A stretch of 64,000 nucleotides of DNA from the human T2T-CHM13v2.0 reference genome, Homo sapiens: NCBI RefSeq assembly GCF_009914755.1, contig NC_060937.1. One strand, written 5' to 3'. Under the pieces are notes generated by a model that was given only the letters and a program-made list of their open reading frames with translations, was not told the origin of the DNA and searched no databases. Position 1 is the first letter of the stretch; each line of letters starts with the position of its first letter. This document shows positions 27,891 through 48,029 of the stretch, one piece after another. Made by a program: the position numbers and the translations under genes.

Positions 27891-28857
27891 AAGTGTGTTC
27901 AGAAGAGTTTTTTTAACCAAATGTTACCTTTTTAACATGCAAGGAATTACCGAAGGATAAAAGACATAGTAGACCTATTAATAAATTCCAAATGACTATC
28001 CCAAGAACCATATGTAATTCCAGGTAAGTTACCTTTAAAAAACAAAACAATAAACAAAATAAGTGAAGATGAGTCTCTTTATTATGTGTGTTAGTTAGCA
28101 ACAGAACCAGACAGTAGAATTAAACATCACCCCACTTTAAGATAAATGTATGAAAATATCACAGGAGAAGGGGGGTAGGATATATGAGTTAAAAATCTAG
28201 TCATTCCGCTCCGTAATATTTTAGCCTTGCTGCATGAAATAGAATGAGCACTCAAAAACAGCTGCATTCCCAAACATGGATCTGTTTCTGGTTCAAACTC
28301 AGACATAGACCCTTAAATTGAGGTCAGGACATCCTGGGCTCTGGATTGCTCTGGCAGTAGTGACATTGGCCTTTTTAAGAGTATCATGCCTATAAATAAA
28401 AGGACGCATTAAAAGGAACCTTGAAAACTTGATCTAAATTATCTCATTTGGTCCTTATACTATCACTGTGAAGGGAGGGTAATTGCACTCATTTGATTGA
28501 ATCTTCAACCAAGACTCTAATAGGTTAGAATTTGAAGAGATCTCAGAGATACAAAAATACACTGCTTTAAAAAAAAATTGAGCACAGATAAGGAGCGCAA
28601 GCCCTAGAGACATGAAGTGATTTGTCCTCTGCTAGATAAGAATGGAACCCAGACCTTTGACTGTTAGCTCTTTCACTCCATGATACCAATACATGGACTG
28701 GTAAATGCTTTGTCTTCAATCTTCTCTCTCACATAAAGTTGGGTCAGGGACCATGGGAAATTCTGTTTTATCTTGAATAGTTCAGATAGAACAATAGTCA
28801 CACATGTCACCAAGCCCATCCTTACTTAATAAGCCTAACTCCCAAAGCATCACTTAA

Positions 28858-29286
<429 letters not shown>

Positions 29287-30839
29287 TGACATTCTTGAAC
29301 CATGTTGACTTTTTATAATTACGAAGAGAGATGACAGCTTACCAGAATATCAGCTTGATTCAAGTTATATGAATTCATCACATGAAATATGGATTCACTG
29401 CATCAGACTGTATACATATTGATCAAAAATATTTCATCTCTGTAATCAGCAGCAAGGTTTTGCCATTGCTATTATTACCACTGCATGCGCTGGTCTAGCA
29501 TAAATTCTGAATCGCCCAGCACCATGTCAGCATTGGCATCCATGTTAGTCAGACTCATTATGGCTGTGTGGTAAATGAGTTTGGGTAGCTACTGTTGGGA
29601 GTTTATTTGTGATGAGATGATAAAAGATGGGAAAGGAGAAGTGAGAAACAGAGCCTGTGATAAATGAAAGGGCTGTGTCAATTAGAGATCTTAAATAAAG
29701 GCTGGATTTTGGCAGAATAGAATTAGAGTCACAGGAAAAGCTAAAAAACAAAACTTAGAAACTGGGTAGAAAGAAGGGATGTTAAATAGCAACCAGACTA
29801 CAGCTAAACTTTGCCACAAGGTGAATACGGTGAGGACACTCCCATCACCATCACCAAATACTGGCCACCACTGCTGCGTTTCTCCTCGGACCCCAGATGG
29901 TGCCACCATACAGCTCTCACTGCTGAGCTGCTATACCTGCCCCAGGATGGGCTCCCAGAGTTCCTCTTCATTGGATCACAAGCTCCCAATTTTCAGTCCA
30001 GGGAGGAGTTTCTGATTAGAAGTGCCTTAGGTGTAGGCATTCTACTTAGCAGCAAGAGTCAGGAACCTGACAGCAGGAAGCAGGCTCTGCCTCCCAGTAA
30101 TGGGCATTTCTGGACATTTCTCAAACGTGGGAAGGGACTGCAGACATTCAAAAAAGATGGGTGCTAAATACCCATGTAGCACTCCCTTTAGATGCCCAAT
30201 ATAACATACAGATTAATGCTTGGGAGAGGAGGAAGTAAGAAGTGGCTCTATTTCAATCATGTAACCATCTTCCCTACCACCCAAAATGTGCTTACCCTCT
30301 TCTCCAAAATAAGACAAGCTAGGTGTAATCGGTTCGTAAATTTAGTTCGTAAATCCTGGAGCTCTGGGTAATATTCATTTTCCCATGAATTCTATCTTGT
30401 CACCATCTCAATATTTTATAACAGACGGAGTAAACTTCAAAGTTAAAATTACCAATATACCCTTTATAAAATAGAAGGATAGGAAGAGTGGAAATAAAAA
30501 ACTAGGTAATTCAAATATATGAATATATGTGCTTCAGCAAGAAAAAATTTAAGTAGGTGCTACCAACCTCATTTCTGCCCTAGCCACAAGGTCATAGTGA
30601 CTTCTAGAGAAGTCACTATGACTTCTCTCTTCTATTTTACCAATTTCATTTTCCCCATTATGTTTGGCCAAAACCTCAGCCAGATGGGATTCTTTATTAT
30701 GTATAATGACCTCATTATGTAAGAAGTCTGAGCCGTAGGTATTCTACATGGATTGGATTGTTGTCAAAATCTATTAATTGACTTAGTAGAATAGGAGGTA
30801 ACATAGAGGATCCCCTGGACTTTCATTCAAAGTTTATAC

Positions 30840-31200
30840 CTCTGAAAGTATCAACTCTATATCCTCTTGACAATCAGGATCAATCACCTCAACCAACACC
30901 AAAATCTCATCTCTTTTTTGTTGTCCGTTTGCTCATTGGCAAGAGGAGCCTGAAATGATTAGGTGACAGCCTCAATTTCCAAGTCAATGGAGTTACTGCT
31001 GTGCTCCCTAGTGGAAATATTCTTAAAATCAAAGGGAATGTGTTGTTGAGCCCATGTAAAATCTCCATCCCTGTCATCATGTCCTTTTTGTTCAGGAATC
31101 CATTGAGAAAGTACTAGAAAGATTAGGGAATGTACTTGACTGACATTCACAGAGCCAGTCACTTTGCCTTCCTGATTAAGAGCATCCTCCTTACTTGAGG
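30840..31200 (-). mobile_element. ERVL-type internal (pol/dUTPase) relic
   Basis: Minus strand reads QWIPEQKGHDDRDGDFTWAQQH, then PLTWKLRLSPNHFRLLLP and EVIDPDCQEDI, matching recalled ERVL integrase N-terminus and dUTPase motifs. Confidence 0.8.
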
Positions 31201-32303
31201 GCTTTGGGGAGGAGGGTCTAGGAGGAGGGAGAGGAGAGGAAGGGGAGAAATTACAAAATAAATATTGTATAGCTTTCAACCAACTAGAGAACCAGACTTG
31301 GAAAATGGGCAGAAACAAGGAAGGTTGGAGCAATCAGCGTCACACTTTGTCCTCCTCCCCATCTTCTCCCAAGAAAAGACTTTTCTGTGAGGACACCATT
31401 CCTGCCCACCACTGTCTGTCGGCAATGGACGAGAGATGCCACAGCTGCACCACTGCCTCCAGTGACTTGAAACACAGTGTTGTGTGGCTGCGGCCACTCT
31501 TCCTCCCCCCAGAAAAAAATTCTCTATGGCCCCTACTTCTTCATCTGTTTACCTCTTAATTCAAGATCTGAGGCTGATGCTTCTGATCAGCAAATCAATG
31601 CTAGCTCCCATGCCCATGCTCAGGCTACAACGGCAAATAAAAGGCAGAGGTGAGATTTTCAGCTTCCATAAGGGTAAGCTAGGTTTACTCACAATCAAGA
31701 CTTAAAAGATAGGGAATTTTCAAACATAAGAAGAGGTTCAAATGCTAAATAAAAGAAAAAAATAGACAAATGTCTACTACAAAGTTGGGGGAGGGTAGGG
31801 AGTCACTTGATTTATTGTATTGGAGGAGCCAAGTATCACACAAACCAGATCTAGAACTGAGTATCATCGGTATACACTGGCTCAAGGCTCTGCGTGCACA
31901 TCAGCTGATGTTAGCCCTAGGGAGAGAAAGAAATCAATGTTGAATTGCTATTTTTCAAACTGTCAATATTTTTACTGTGCTGTGGTCACAGTTTCAATTA
32001 TATAATTCAGAGCTTTCCACATTGTTCATCATTTGATGACAATAAAGGGATATTCTGGCCCTTTTGCTTGGTTTTTATTTCTCAGTCTGAAAGAGAAATG
32101 TATGTTTGATTTCAGGTGATTGATCTGGTGTTTCCCTTCTTGTGTCTTTTTCGCTCTTGTTTCTTACATACTATATTATTTCAGCAAGTAGGGACTATAT
32201 CTAAAATTTATTGTTTCCACATTCTTAAAAACTTTACACAATTTCGTTTCTAGTTATGAGAGAAGTTGATTATCTCCTAAGGAATGTGCATTTATCATTG
32301 TAG

Positions 32304-32444
32304 CTAGTTCGGAGGACCAGCCTCTCATTTATGTTACTGACAGCCAATGCTCCTCACGGACAAATCTTTCCCAGACCTTTCTTATTCTGAATAAAGAAAA
32401 TTTGGAGCGCAGTTTGCTCAAGGTCTACTTTTCATTCAGAAAAA
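32304..32444 (+). other. Candidate 141-nt symmetric exon, open in one frame
   Basis: tttatcattgtag acceptor and AAA|gtatgt donor; (x)SSEDQPLIYVTDSQCSSRTNLSQTFLILNKENLERSLLKVYFSFRK. Confidence 0.25.
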
Positions 32445-32894
32445 GTATGTATATATATATATACTGACTTCTTAGTTTTGCATCTCTGATATATCTTGTT
32501 TTTCCTTTAGTGTCATTAGGCTTCCTCTTGTAACAGTCTGTGCCCACATCCAGTTTTCTCATTACAATATCTTGCATTTATATTATGTTTCACAATTTTG
32601 CAATTTTACAGGTAAAGAAGTAGACCTCCAGCAAGACTGAATAACTAGCTCTAGACCATGCCACTAGCATGTGGTGGAATCAAGATTCAGATGCTGGTTT
32701 ACTTACTCCACATCCCTGCTTCTCTCAGTCCACTTAGCCTGATATACAGTAAGTGCTCAAAACATGTTTGTTGGATACAAGGATAACCTGGAAATTACAT
32801 AGAAATGCATTAAAACATATTTTATCTTCTGTGGGTAATCTTTGGTTACACAAGTCTGGCATATTTAAATAAATTGATTAAAATTTGCTATTGG

Positions 32895-33217
<323 letters not shown>

Positions 33218-33634
33218 TCACTGAGTGGCTGGTTTAACATCTAGATTCCCTGGAACTTCCAATTCATTAGAAGCCCAAAGAATCAGATCAGAATCATTCA
33301 GATAAGTTTTAGAAACACTCTTTTCAGCCAACCAACTACCAGGAAAACATGGAGTTTGGTCCAAGGAGAATAGGACTGGATGTCAGGGAAGACAGTAAAC
33401 TTCCTGAATCGTTTCATCTGGAGACCAATAGGAAGTAAAAACAACCATCAACTGGCAAGATAATATTTTCCTTTTGTAGCAATAGTCCCTGTCTTTACCA
33501 ATTTTTAAATAACTCCAAAACCAAGTGATTTTTTCACCCTTTTCATTTGTATATGTTGGCATTCTAGAGACATGGCCTAGGTCATACAAAATGATTATTC
33601 CTCTAGCACTTCAGATGATGCACATATCAGGGCT

Positions 33635-34060
33635 TATATTCATTTCCTAGGGCTGCCATCACAAACTACCACAAACTGGGTGGCTTAAAACAGCAGAAAT
33701 TTATTATTTAACAGTTCTGCAGTCCAGAAGTCCTAACTCAAGTTGGTAGGGCCATGCTTTCTCTGAAGACTCTAAGGATGGATCCTTCCTTGTGTCTTCC
33801 AGCTTCTGGTGTTTGCTGGCAATCCTTGGTATTCCTTGGCTTGTACAGGCAGCATTCCAGTCTGCATCCATCTTCACGTGGCCTTCTACAAAAACTGAGT
33901 CCAAATTTCCTTCTTCTTCTAAGAACACCACTCATAGTAGATTTAGGGAACTTATTTTTAAAACCCTATCTTAGCTAAATTTCATTTGCAAAGACTCTAT
34001 TTCCAAATACAGTTTCTAGGTAGACATAAATTTTGGGGAGACGCTATTTAAGCCAGCACA
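33635..34060 (-). mobile_element. MLT1B/C MaLR LTR
   Basis: tttcctagggctgccatcacaaactaccacaaactgggtggcttaaaacagcagaaatttatt. Confidence 0.88.
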
Positions 34061-34614
34061 GAGGTTAAGAAATACTCACTCACTCAGAAAAGGAGTATCT
34101 CTGCCAAGAAGGAAATTCAGAAAAAATCACTTTGCAGAATGATTCCTCCCTCAATCTTTCAGTTATAAATGGAAAACATTTCACTCCAAACAAAGAATGT
34201 AAGCTATTTTCCCACTTCATTAATGTTTTTCCTTCAGAATGTTACCACATTTTCTGATCAAGTATTTCTATGATATAGATAATTAGACGCATACTTATAG
34301 TTTTAACCATATCTCCCTCCATAATACTTCATGTTTCTTTATCCTCTGAAATTATTGCTTTTTTCCAGATTGACTAGCTGTTCAAAAATCCAGTAAGACT
34401 CTTGGTTGCCAAGGACTGGCAGCGAATACCATTCCCAGGGAGTTCCTAACCAGGACTATGGCTAAAAGTATGCAACGTACAGGATGAAACCCTTTTCAAG
34501 CCTCCCTCCCCAGAGACATCATTGTTTATATAAAATCTGGTTAAAATCAACACAAAGACATTTTTAGAGGGACAAAACACAGATTGTCTGAAAAGGTGCA
34601 TGTTGCTCTGCTTG

Positions 34615-34890
34615 GAATAAAGAAAAGCTACAAAAACCTACAACTTTTATCATACTTAATGGTGAGAAACCAGATGATTTCCCCTAAGATTGGGAATGAG
34701 GCAAGGATTCTCCTCTCACCACTCCTATTCAACATTGTACTGGAAAATTTAGCTAGAAAAATAAGACAATAAAAGGAAACACATCTGTATATAAATTGAA
34801 AAGGAAGAAACAAAACTTTATTTAGTTGCAAATGTCAGTATTTTCTGTCTAGAAAATCCCAAAGAACTTTGTAAACGTTCTACCAAGCAA
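34615..34890 (+). mobile_element. L1M ORF2 (RT) fragment
   Basis: LSPLLFNIVLENLARKIRQ motif. Confidence 0.8.
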
Positions 34891-34893
34891 GTA

Positions 34894-35179
34894 CAACTGG
34901 TCCTCCATATTTGTGGGTTTCGCATCTGTGGATTCAACCAACTGCAGATGGAAAATATTTGGGAAAAAAATGGATGATTGTGTCTTTACTGAATATGTAC
35001 AGATGTTTTGTCATTCCTCCCTAAACAATGCAGTAGAACAAGTATTTACATAATGTGTATATTTATTAGGTATTACAAGTAATCTATAGATTATTTAAAG
35101 CATATGGGGGGATGTGCCTAGGTAATATGCAAATACTATACCATTTTGTATAACGGACGAGAGCATTTGTGGATTTTGG
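34894..35179. mobile_element. MER2/Tigger-type DNA transposon, truncated
   Basis: gcatctgtggattcaaccaac...tatgcaaatactataccatttt...gtggattttgg. Confidence 0.85.
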
Positions 35180-40138
<4,959 letters not shown>

Positions 40139-40300
40139 TTCCTAACTTCATTTTTCTGTTGCAGGATTCCATCCCAGATATCACATCACATTTATTTGTC
40201 ATGTCTTTTTGGGCTCCTTTGGTTGTGAGTCGCCCCTACTTTCCTTCATTCTTCTTTATGGCTGAATAGTACCCCTTTGTGTATATAAACCACATTTTTT

Positions 40301-40714
40301 TATTATACTTTAAGTTCTGGGGTACATGTGCAGAACATGCAGCTTTGTTACATACGTATACATGTGCCATGGTGGTTTGCTGCACCCATCAACCTGTCAC
40401 CTACATTAGGTATTTCTCCTAATGTTATCCCTCTCCTAGCCCTCCACCCCCTGACAGGCCCCAGTGTGTGATGTTCCCCAACCTGTGTCCCTGTGTTCTC
40501 ATTGTTCAACTCCCATTTATGAGTGAGAACATGCAGTGTTTGGTTTTCTGATCTTGTGCTACTTTGCTGAGAATGATGGTTTCCAGCTTCATCCATGTCC
40601 CTGCAAAGGACATGAACTCATCCTTTTTTATGGCTGCATAGTATTCCATGGTGTATATGTTCCACACTTTCTTTATCCAGTGTGTCATTGATGGGCATTT
40701 GGGTTAGTTCTAAG
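40301..40714 (-). mobile_element. L1PA6/7-like 3' end (piece 1 of the composite insertion)
   Basis: tattatactttaagttctggggtacatgtgcagaac...gggttagttctaag. Confidence 0.93.
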
Positions 40715-41001
40715 ACAGGTCTTTTGAAATTATCCAATCAGAGGAATGGTTTTTAAAAAGGAATAAAAAAGAGTAAAGAAGTCTTATAGGACTTATGAGA
40801 CACCATTATGTGAAACTCCTGACCTCAAGTGATCCACCCACCTTGGCCTCCCAAAGTGCTGAGATTACAGGTGTGAACTACTGTGCCTGGCTGGCTGTAA
40901 TATATTTTATGTAATTTTCATGGTAATCACCAAGAATAAAACCTGTAGTAGATAATAAAAATATTAAGAGAAAAGAATCAGAGCATACCACCACAACAGA
41001 A
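40712..41001 (+). repeat. 290-bp direct copy of 43066-43357
   Basis: Same L1M/Alu-fragment/L1M chimeric junctions; about 16 differences by manual comparison. Confidence 0.97.
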
Positions 41002-41130
41002 TTCCATTAAAATTAAAGTATCCTGCTCTATGAAAGAAGTTGTTAAGAGAATAAGAAAATATACAATAGGAGTAATATTTACAAAACACATACCTGAGAA
41101 AGTATTTGTTTCCAAAGTAGACATAGAAAC

Positions 41131-41520
41131 TTTTTTTTATTATTATACTTTAAATTCTGTGGTACACGTGCATGTGTTCTCATTGTTCAACTCCCACTTA
41201 TGAATGAGAACATGTGGTGTTTGGTTTTCTGTTCTTGTGTTATTTTGCTGAGAATGATGGTTTCCAGCTTCATCCATGGCCCTGCAAAGGACATGAACTC
41301 ATCCTTTTTTAGGCTGCATAGTATTCCATGGTGAATATGTGCCACATTTTCTTTATCCAGTCTATCATTTATGAGCATTTGGTTTGGTTCCAAGTCTTTG
41401 CTATTGTGAACAGTGCCACAATAAACATACATGTGCATATGCCTATATAGTAGAATGATTTATTCCATGGTGTATATGTGCCACATTTTCTTAATCCAGT
41501 CTATCATTGATGGACATTCG
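41131..41520 (-). mobile_element. Second L1PA 3' end with an internal deletion and a repeated ~60-bp piece
   Basis: gtacacgtgca joins tgtgttctc directly; 41461-41520 repeats about 41322-41380. Confidence 0.9.
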
Positions 41521-41999
41521 TATAAACCACATTTTTTAATCCATTCATCCATTGATGGACACTTAGGTTGATTCCATATTTTGCCTATTGTGAATAGTAG
41601 CTCTAACTCACTTTTTCCGTTATAAAAACCATGAGTTCTTTTTCACATGTAATACTTTACCAGCTTGGGGAAAGGGCATTGTGGTTAAAAAGACTCATCT
41701 TCCTTATGATCTGCTCCTGATTTGTCTTTGCTCTGTGCCCGAGGGATCATCACAGCCCCGGTTTTAAGCTCTCAGATACTCTGGGTAATATTACTGCCGC
41801 TGAATAGTTGTTGACTGGCTTTCTGTGGGGAAGAGTGGATTCCAATTACTTCTACTTTGTCATTTTACTGATGTCACTCTCCCTGACTACATTTTTAATC
41901 ATTAAAAATGTGTGAAAGATTTCAATTGAGGGCCTTATACACAATACCTGATCGGTAATTCTCAAAACTGTCAAAATCATCAAAAATAAGGAACTTACC

Positions 42000-43521
<1,522 letters not shown>

Positions 43522-44130
43522 ATCTTTTGATCCTCTGGGGGTTGCAGTAGGGGAGATCCTTCCAGGCTAGTCACTATACAGACGGCAGGGACTGGAAGGA
43601 TTTTCTTTTATAGAAATAAACCAAAAATGTGGTCACAATATCTAGAAAATAATTATTTCATTGTGAAGCATTTTATTAAATCCTAATATTAAATCACATT
43701 TAATTATACATTCATTGACTCACATTCAGTAAAATTGCACAAAACCAGAACTATTCAAAAATTCAGATCAACATAAATATCACCACAAAAGCAGCAGTCA
43801 CTATGCCTGTTAGAAATGCTCACAGACAGCCTGCCCAGTCCTCCAATGATGATGGTTTTTCAGATCTGTACCACGTCTGTAGCTGTGCCACTCATGTCTC
43901 TGTGAGGGTCACCATTAGAATGTTCTGTGGCATGGCTCTCCCCCCTTCACAGAGTATTTCTAGAGGCTTGAATGTTGACTAAATTTATACCTTGTGATTG
44001 TATAACCTAACTCTTTATCAAACTTCTAGATTTCTCTTAATAAATAAGTGATTTGACTACTGACTATTAGATGTCTTTCTCTTTTTCCTGTTTTGAAAAA
44101 AAAAATTTTAATCTGTCTTTGATTTCTTAC

Positions 44131-44369
44131 CTACTTATGGAAACATGACAATTTAACCAGCTTTTAACTACAAAGCTACTGCTATGTTCCTCTGCAGTTC
44201 TTCTCTCTGCCTCACAATTTCTGTTATTTGGGACAATGATGCCAACTTGCTGAACAGCAATGGAGAGGATCCACCAATGATATATAAATCAACCATTCCA
44301 AATCTTCCTCATGAAAACGAAAATACTTGGACAACCTTCAAAACATTGATTTTATATAATTTGAGGCAT
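44131..44369 (-). other. Candidate 239-nt non-coding exon
   Basis: Minus-strand acceptor ctatgcatttcag and strong donor TAG|gtaaga; stops in all three frames. Confidence 0.3.
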
Positions 44370-44987
44370 CTGAAATGCATAGACACATCCCACTTAAGGA
44401 TCTATCTACGTTGCACCAAGCAATATAAATTTCTGGATTATGTTAAACCAATTCAAAGATAATAGTCATTAATGAGCAGTGTAGAGATAACCATAAAGGT
44501 AGTTCCATGTCATGCTTGAATCTTCTCTAAAATGACACCAAAAAATGTTCTATTTTGTTTATTTGATTATCAACAATTGCCAAGTATTCACTTTACTCCA
44601 TTGTCAGTACCTGAGCTTGCAGCATTTCTCATTTCTTCCCAGATCAAAACCACATGCACAATACCCTTTAGAAGATAATTTGAACTGCTGATCTTTAATC
44701 TTTTGCCATAATGACTCATAGCAAAGAAATTTTCACTTGAATGGTAGCTCTTGGATACATTATTTCAGAGGAATGAGTCTAACAGTAAGACATCCATGCA
44801 GGTTGTCTGGGAAGATGTTTTGGATTAGAACCTTTCAAATATTCCACTTTGTCTTTATTTAGGGTTAACAGATTTGTGTTATGTATACATTGTGTTATCT
44901 TTCTTATGAAGATTTGATGGTCTTTAAATGAAGAAAGATAAAATGTGAATTCTTGTGATTATACAGCTATGTACAAATGGTCTTGAT

Positions 44988-45286
44988 TAGCACTGTCCAA
45001 TATATTATTTATGAAATTTTAGATTTTCTATTAGCCACATTTTAAAAAGTGAAACGAGGTTAAATTAATTTTCATGATATATTTTAACTCAATATATTCA
45101 AAATATTACCATTTCAACATATAACAAATATTTTTAAGTTATAGTTGAGATATTTTAATTATTTTTGTACTGTTTTTTGCAATCTGGTTGTGTTTTGCAC
45201 ATACAGCACATTTCTGTTAGAACTAGCCACATTTAAAGTGCTCAGTCACTACATGTAGTTAGTGGCTACCATCTTGGACAGAGCAG
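44988..45286. mobile_element. MER33-like hAT element
   Basis: TIRs tagcactgtccaa / ttggacagagcag; 8-bp flanks gtcttgat / gtctagtt. Confidence 0.85.
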
Positions 45287-47602
45287 GTCTAGTTACAGTG
45301 GTGATTAAGAGGAGCAAATGGGCTTCAGATGGTTTAAGAGTTGGAGCTAATATGATACAATGAGAAAAATGTGGGGTTTGGTTACTTATATTCAAATTCT
45401 AGTTTTCCTAATTAACTAAGAACCTTTAGAAAAATGGTCTTGAATCTCTCTGTCTGTTTGCATGTTTGTCAAAAACAGAAAATGATATTTCATCTGGTTA
45501 TAGCTAACATTAAATGAGGTAATGTGCATAAGTCTTTGAAAATGCAGAAAGGCCAGTGTTCAGAGAGTGGGGCTCTCATGAGGGGCAGGAGCTTGAAAGA
45601 AAGATAAATCCCAGGAATCCAGGAAACCCAGCTGGAAGTGAACTGTTCTGCAACTAGATTCCCCTGGAGAGGTAGGTTGCACAAAAGTTACTCTCATGGT
45701 TACTGAAATGAAGAAATATGCTTTTGGGTCTAGCAGCTGAGGGGTCCTTGCCAGCTCTACAGACCACTGAGAGCTGATGATAGAAGCACACGCTGCCCAT
45801 GTAGAGTCCTCTGGGTCTAGGGAGTTGAAGATCTATCTGCAAGAGAATGGAACTCAGCGTTCATTGTACATGGCTCAGATAAAACCGGGTTCTGGGCAGG
45901 GATTCACACTTTTTTTAATGACCTGAATAAAATGAGGTGGGAAAGATAACTTTCTAGTTCTATTGTTCTATAAAACAAAAACCTGTAATTGTTTGAAATA
46001 ACAAAGCAAGGAATCTTTCTTAAAGGAGACAGCGGAAAGAAAAGTAACCTAAGAATGCCTAGTTGGTTTGATGCTAAACTGAGGGAAGGAAGTACATTTG
46101 ACAGTAAAAGTAAAAACCTGATTTTAATGTATAATTTGTAAGAGGTATAGCAAAGAGGTAACCATACCCTGATGGAAATAAGATGTTCAAGTTGCTGAAG
46201 TCATTATAGAGGAAAATGTGTATACAGGTACATAAAGAGGCAAATTAAAAAGAAGAGAAATGTGTGTTTGTTTCATCAAATACCCAGAAAGACAAGGTAA
46301 CCTGGAAAACATAACTTTAAAAGAGGGAATGTTATATGTCCCTCAAGGGAGAAAGCACAAACATGTCTGTTTCTTGCTACACAAATATCTTCTTCATAAG
46401 AATAGCAGTGCAACCATAAATCTTTAGAGTATGTATCAATGAATAAATAAAGAAATGGATGAATATATAACTACTCAATAGAGCAGAAGTAGAAGTTAGG
46501 AAAATAAGAAAAAGAGAAGAAAAAAATAAATGCACAGGTCCCAGTGGTGGAAGAAAGAACTAATTCCCAGATGTAAGTAAACTATTCATATATCTTATGG
46601 GACGAGGAAAAAACAAACTGAAACAGCAAACCCAGAGTATAAAGTCAGAAGACAGTGTTAATAGCAAAAACAGTTTAATACTTTTGTTTTGTTTGTTCTT
46701 TTTTGATGGTGATGGAATGGGTCTTATTACTGCTAGCAGCCCTCTGCTTAAGGAAACTTCCTAAACAAACATTCTTACAAAATGTATTAATTTGGAAGTA
46801 GCAGTGTTCTAAGACAGATTTAATTCACAAAAAATAATTATCCTTCCTAGTGCTTTTTTTTTTTTTTTTTTTTTGTAAACATGAGCTATTTTACCAAGTT
46901 GGAAATAACTGAATTGGGAAAAGTGGTTGAGAAGCAAGTGGCTTTTCTTATTTAAATGAAATTTTAGGGGAATCAAAAGCTGACTTCATTTTCTCGCCTG
47001 TGAAAATAGCTCAATGCAATGACCACATTCCACAGTGTCACCTAGTGGTCTTAAGGGTCTGGATCCAGAGCCGAGGCAAACAATGGGGAGACGTACTCTT
47101 GGCTTCAGAAACCTGCCATTTCAGAGAGCAACCTTCTCTTTTTATTGAAAGAGGGAGTTTAAAAGGATTAATTGCTGGCTTCAGAGCTTGGTTATGAGGC
47201 TAACAGTCTCCAGCTTCACCTATGCTAATGAGTTTTACAGCATTGGCCCTCAGTTATTTTTACAAGCTTTAAGTCAGAGCTTTGAAATTCGGTTTGCACA
47301 TATCTGATGTAAAACTGTGTGGTCTGGTATTTTTTTTGAGATTTCTGTCCAAGAACAAGATAGAGAACATATCAGACAAAGAAATGCATGGTTTTATGCA
47401 AACATTATTTCCAAGTTGTGTGGAAATGATGTGTACACAAACAGCCTCATTCTCCCCATCATGCTGTCACTGTGTCTCCTATGTTTGATTGTCACTTGAT
47501 TACAAGACTGTAGGCCTCACTGATGTGGCAGTGCCGTTTGGTTCAGGACACTGTCCTTTGTCTCCAGGACCATTGCAACTGCCCCTTCACTGACTTACCT
47601 GC

Positions 47603-48022
47603 TACCTTAGTTCATTTTCTGCTGTTAGAACACCACACACTGGATACTTTATATAAGAAAGAGGTTTATTTTGTCTCACAGTTCTGGAGGCTAAAAATCC
47701 AAGAGCATGGTGCCAACATCTGGTGAGGGCCTCATGCTGCTTTATAACATGGCAGGAGGTATCACCTGGTGGAAGAGGAAGCCGAGCAAGCCAAGGAAGC
47801 CGAATTCCAACTCACTTTTGTAACAACCCACTGTCATGATAACTACACCCCTCCCATGAGATCTAACTCACTCCTGTAAGAACAACATTAATTCCTTTAT
47901 AAAGGCAGAGCCCCTGTGACCCAAACATGTCTTAGAGGTCCCATCACATCTCAATACCACATTGCAGACCAAATTTTAACACGAGTTCTTGGGGAGGAAC
48001 AAACCACATCCAAACCATAGCA
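47603..48022 (-). mobile_element. MSTB/C-type MaLR LTR inside an L2
   Basis: ctcacagttctggaggct...gcatggtgccaacatctggtgagggcc...atccaaaccatagca. Confidence 0.88.
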
Positions 48023-48029
48023 ACTTCCG

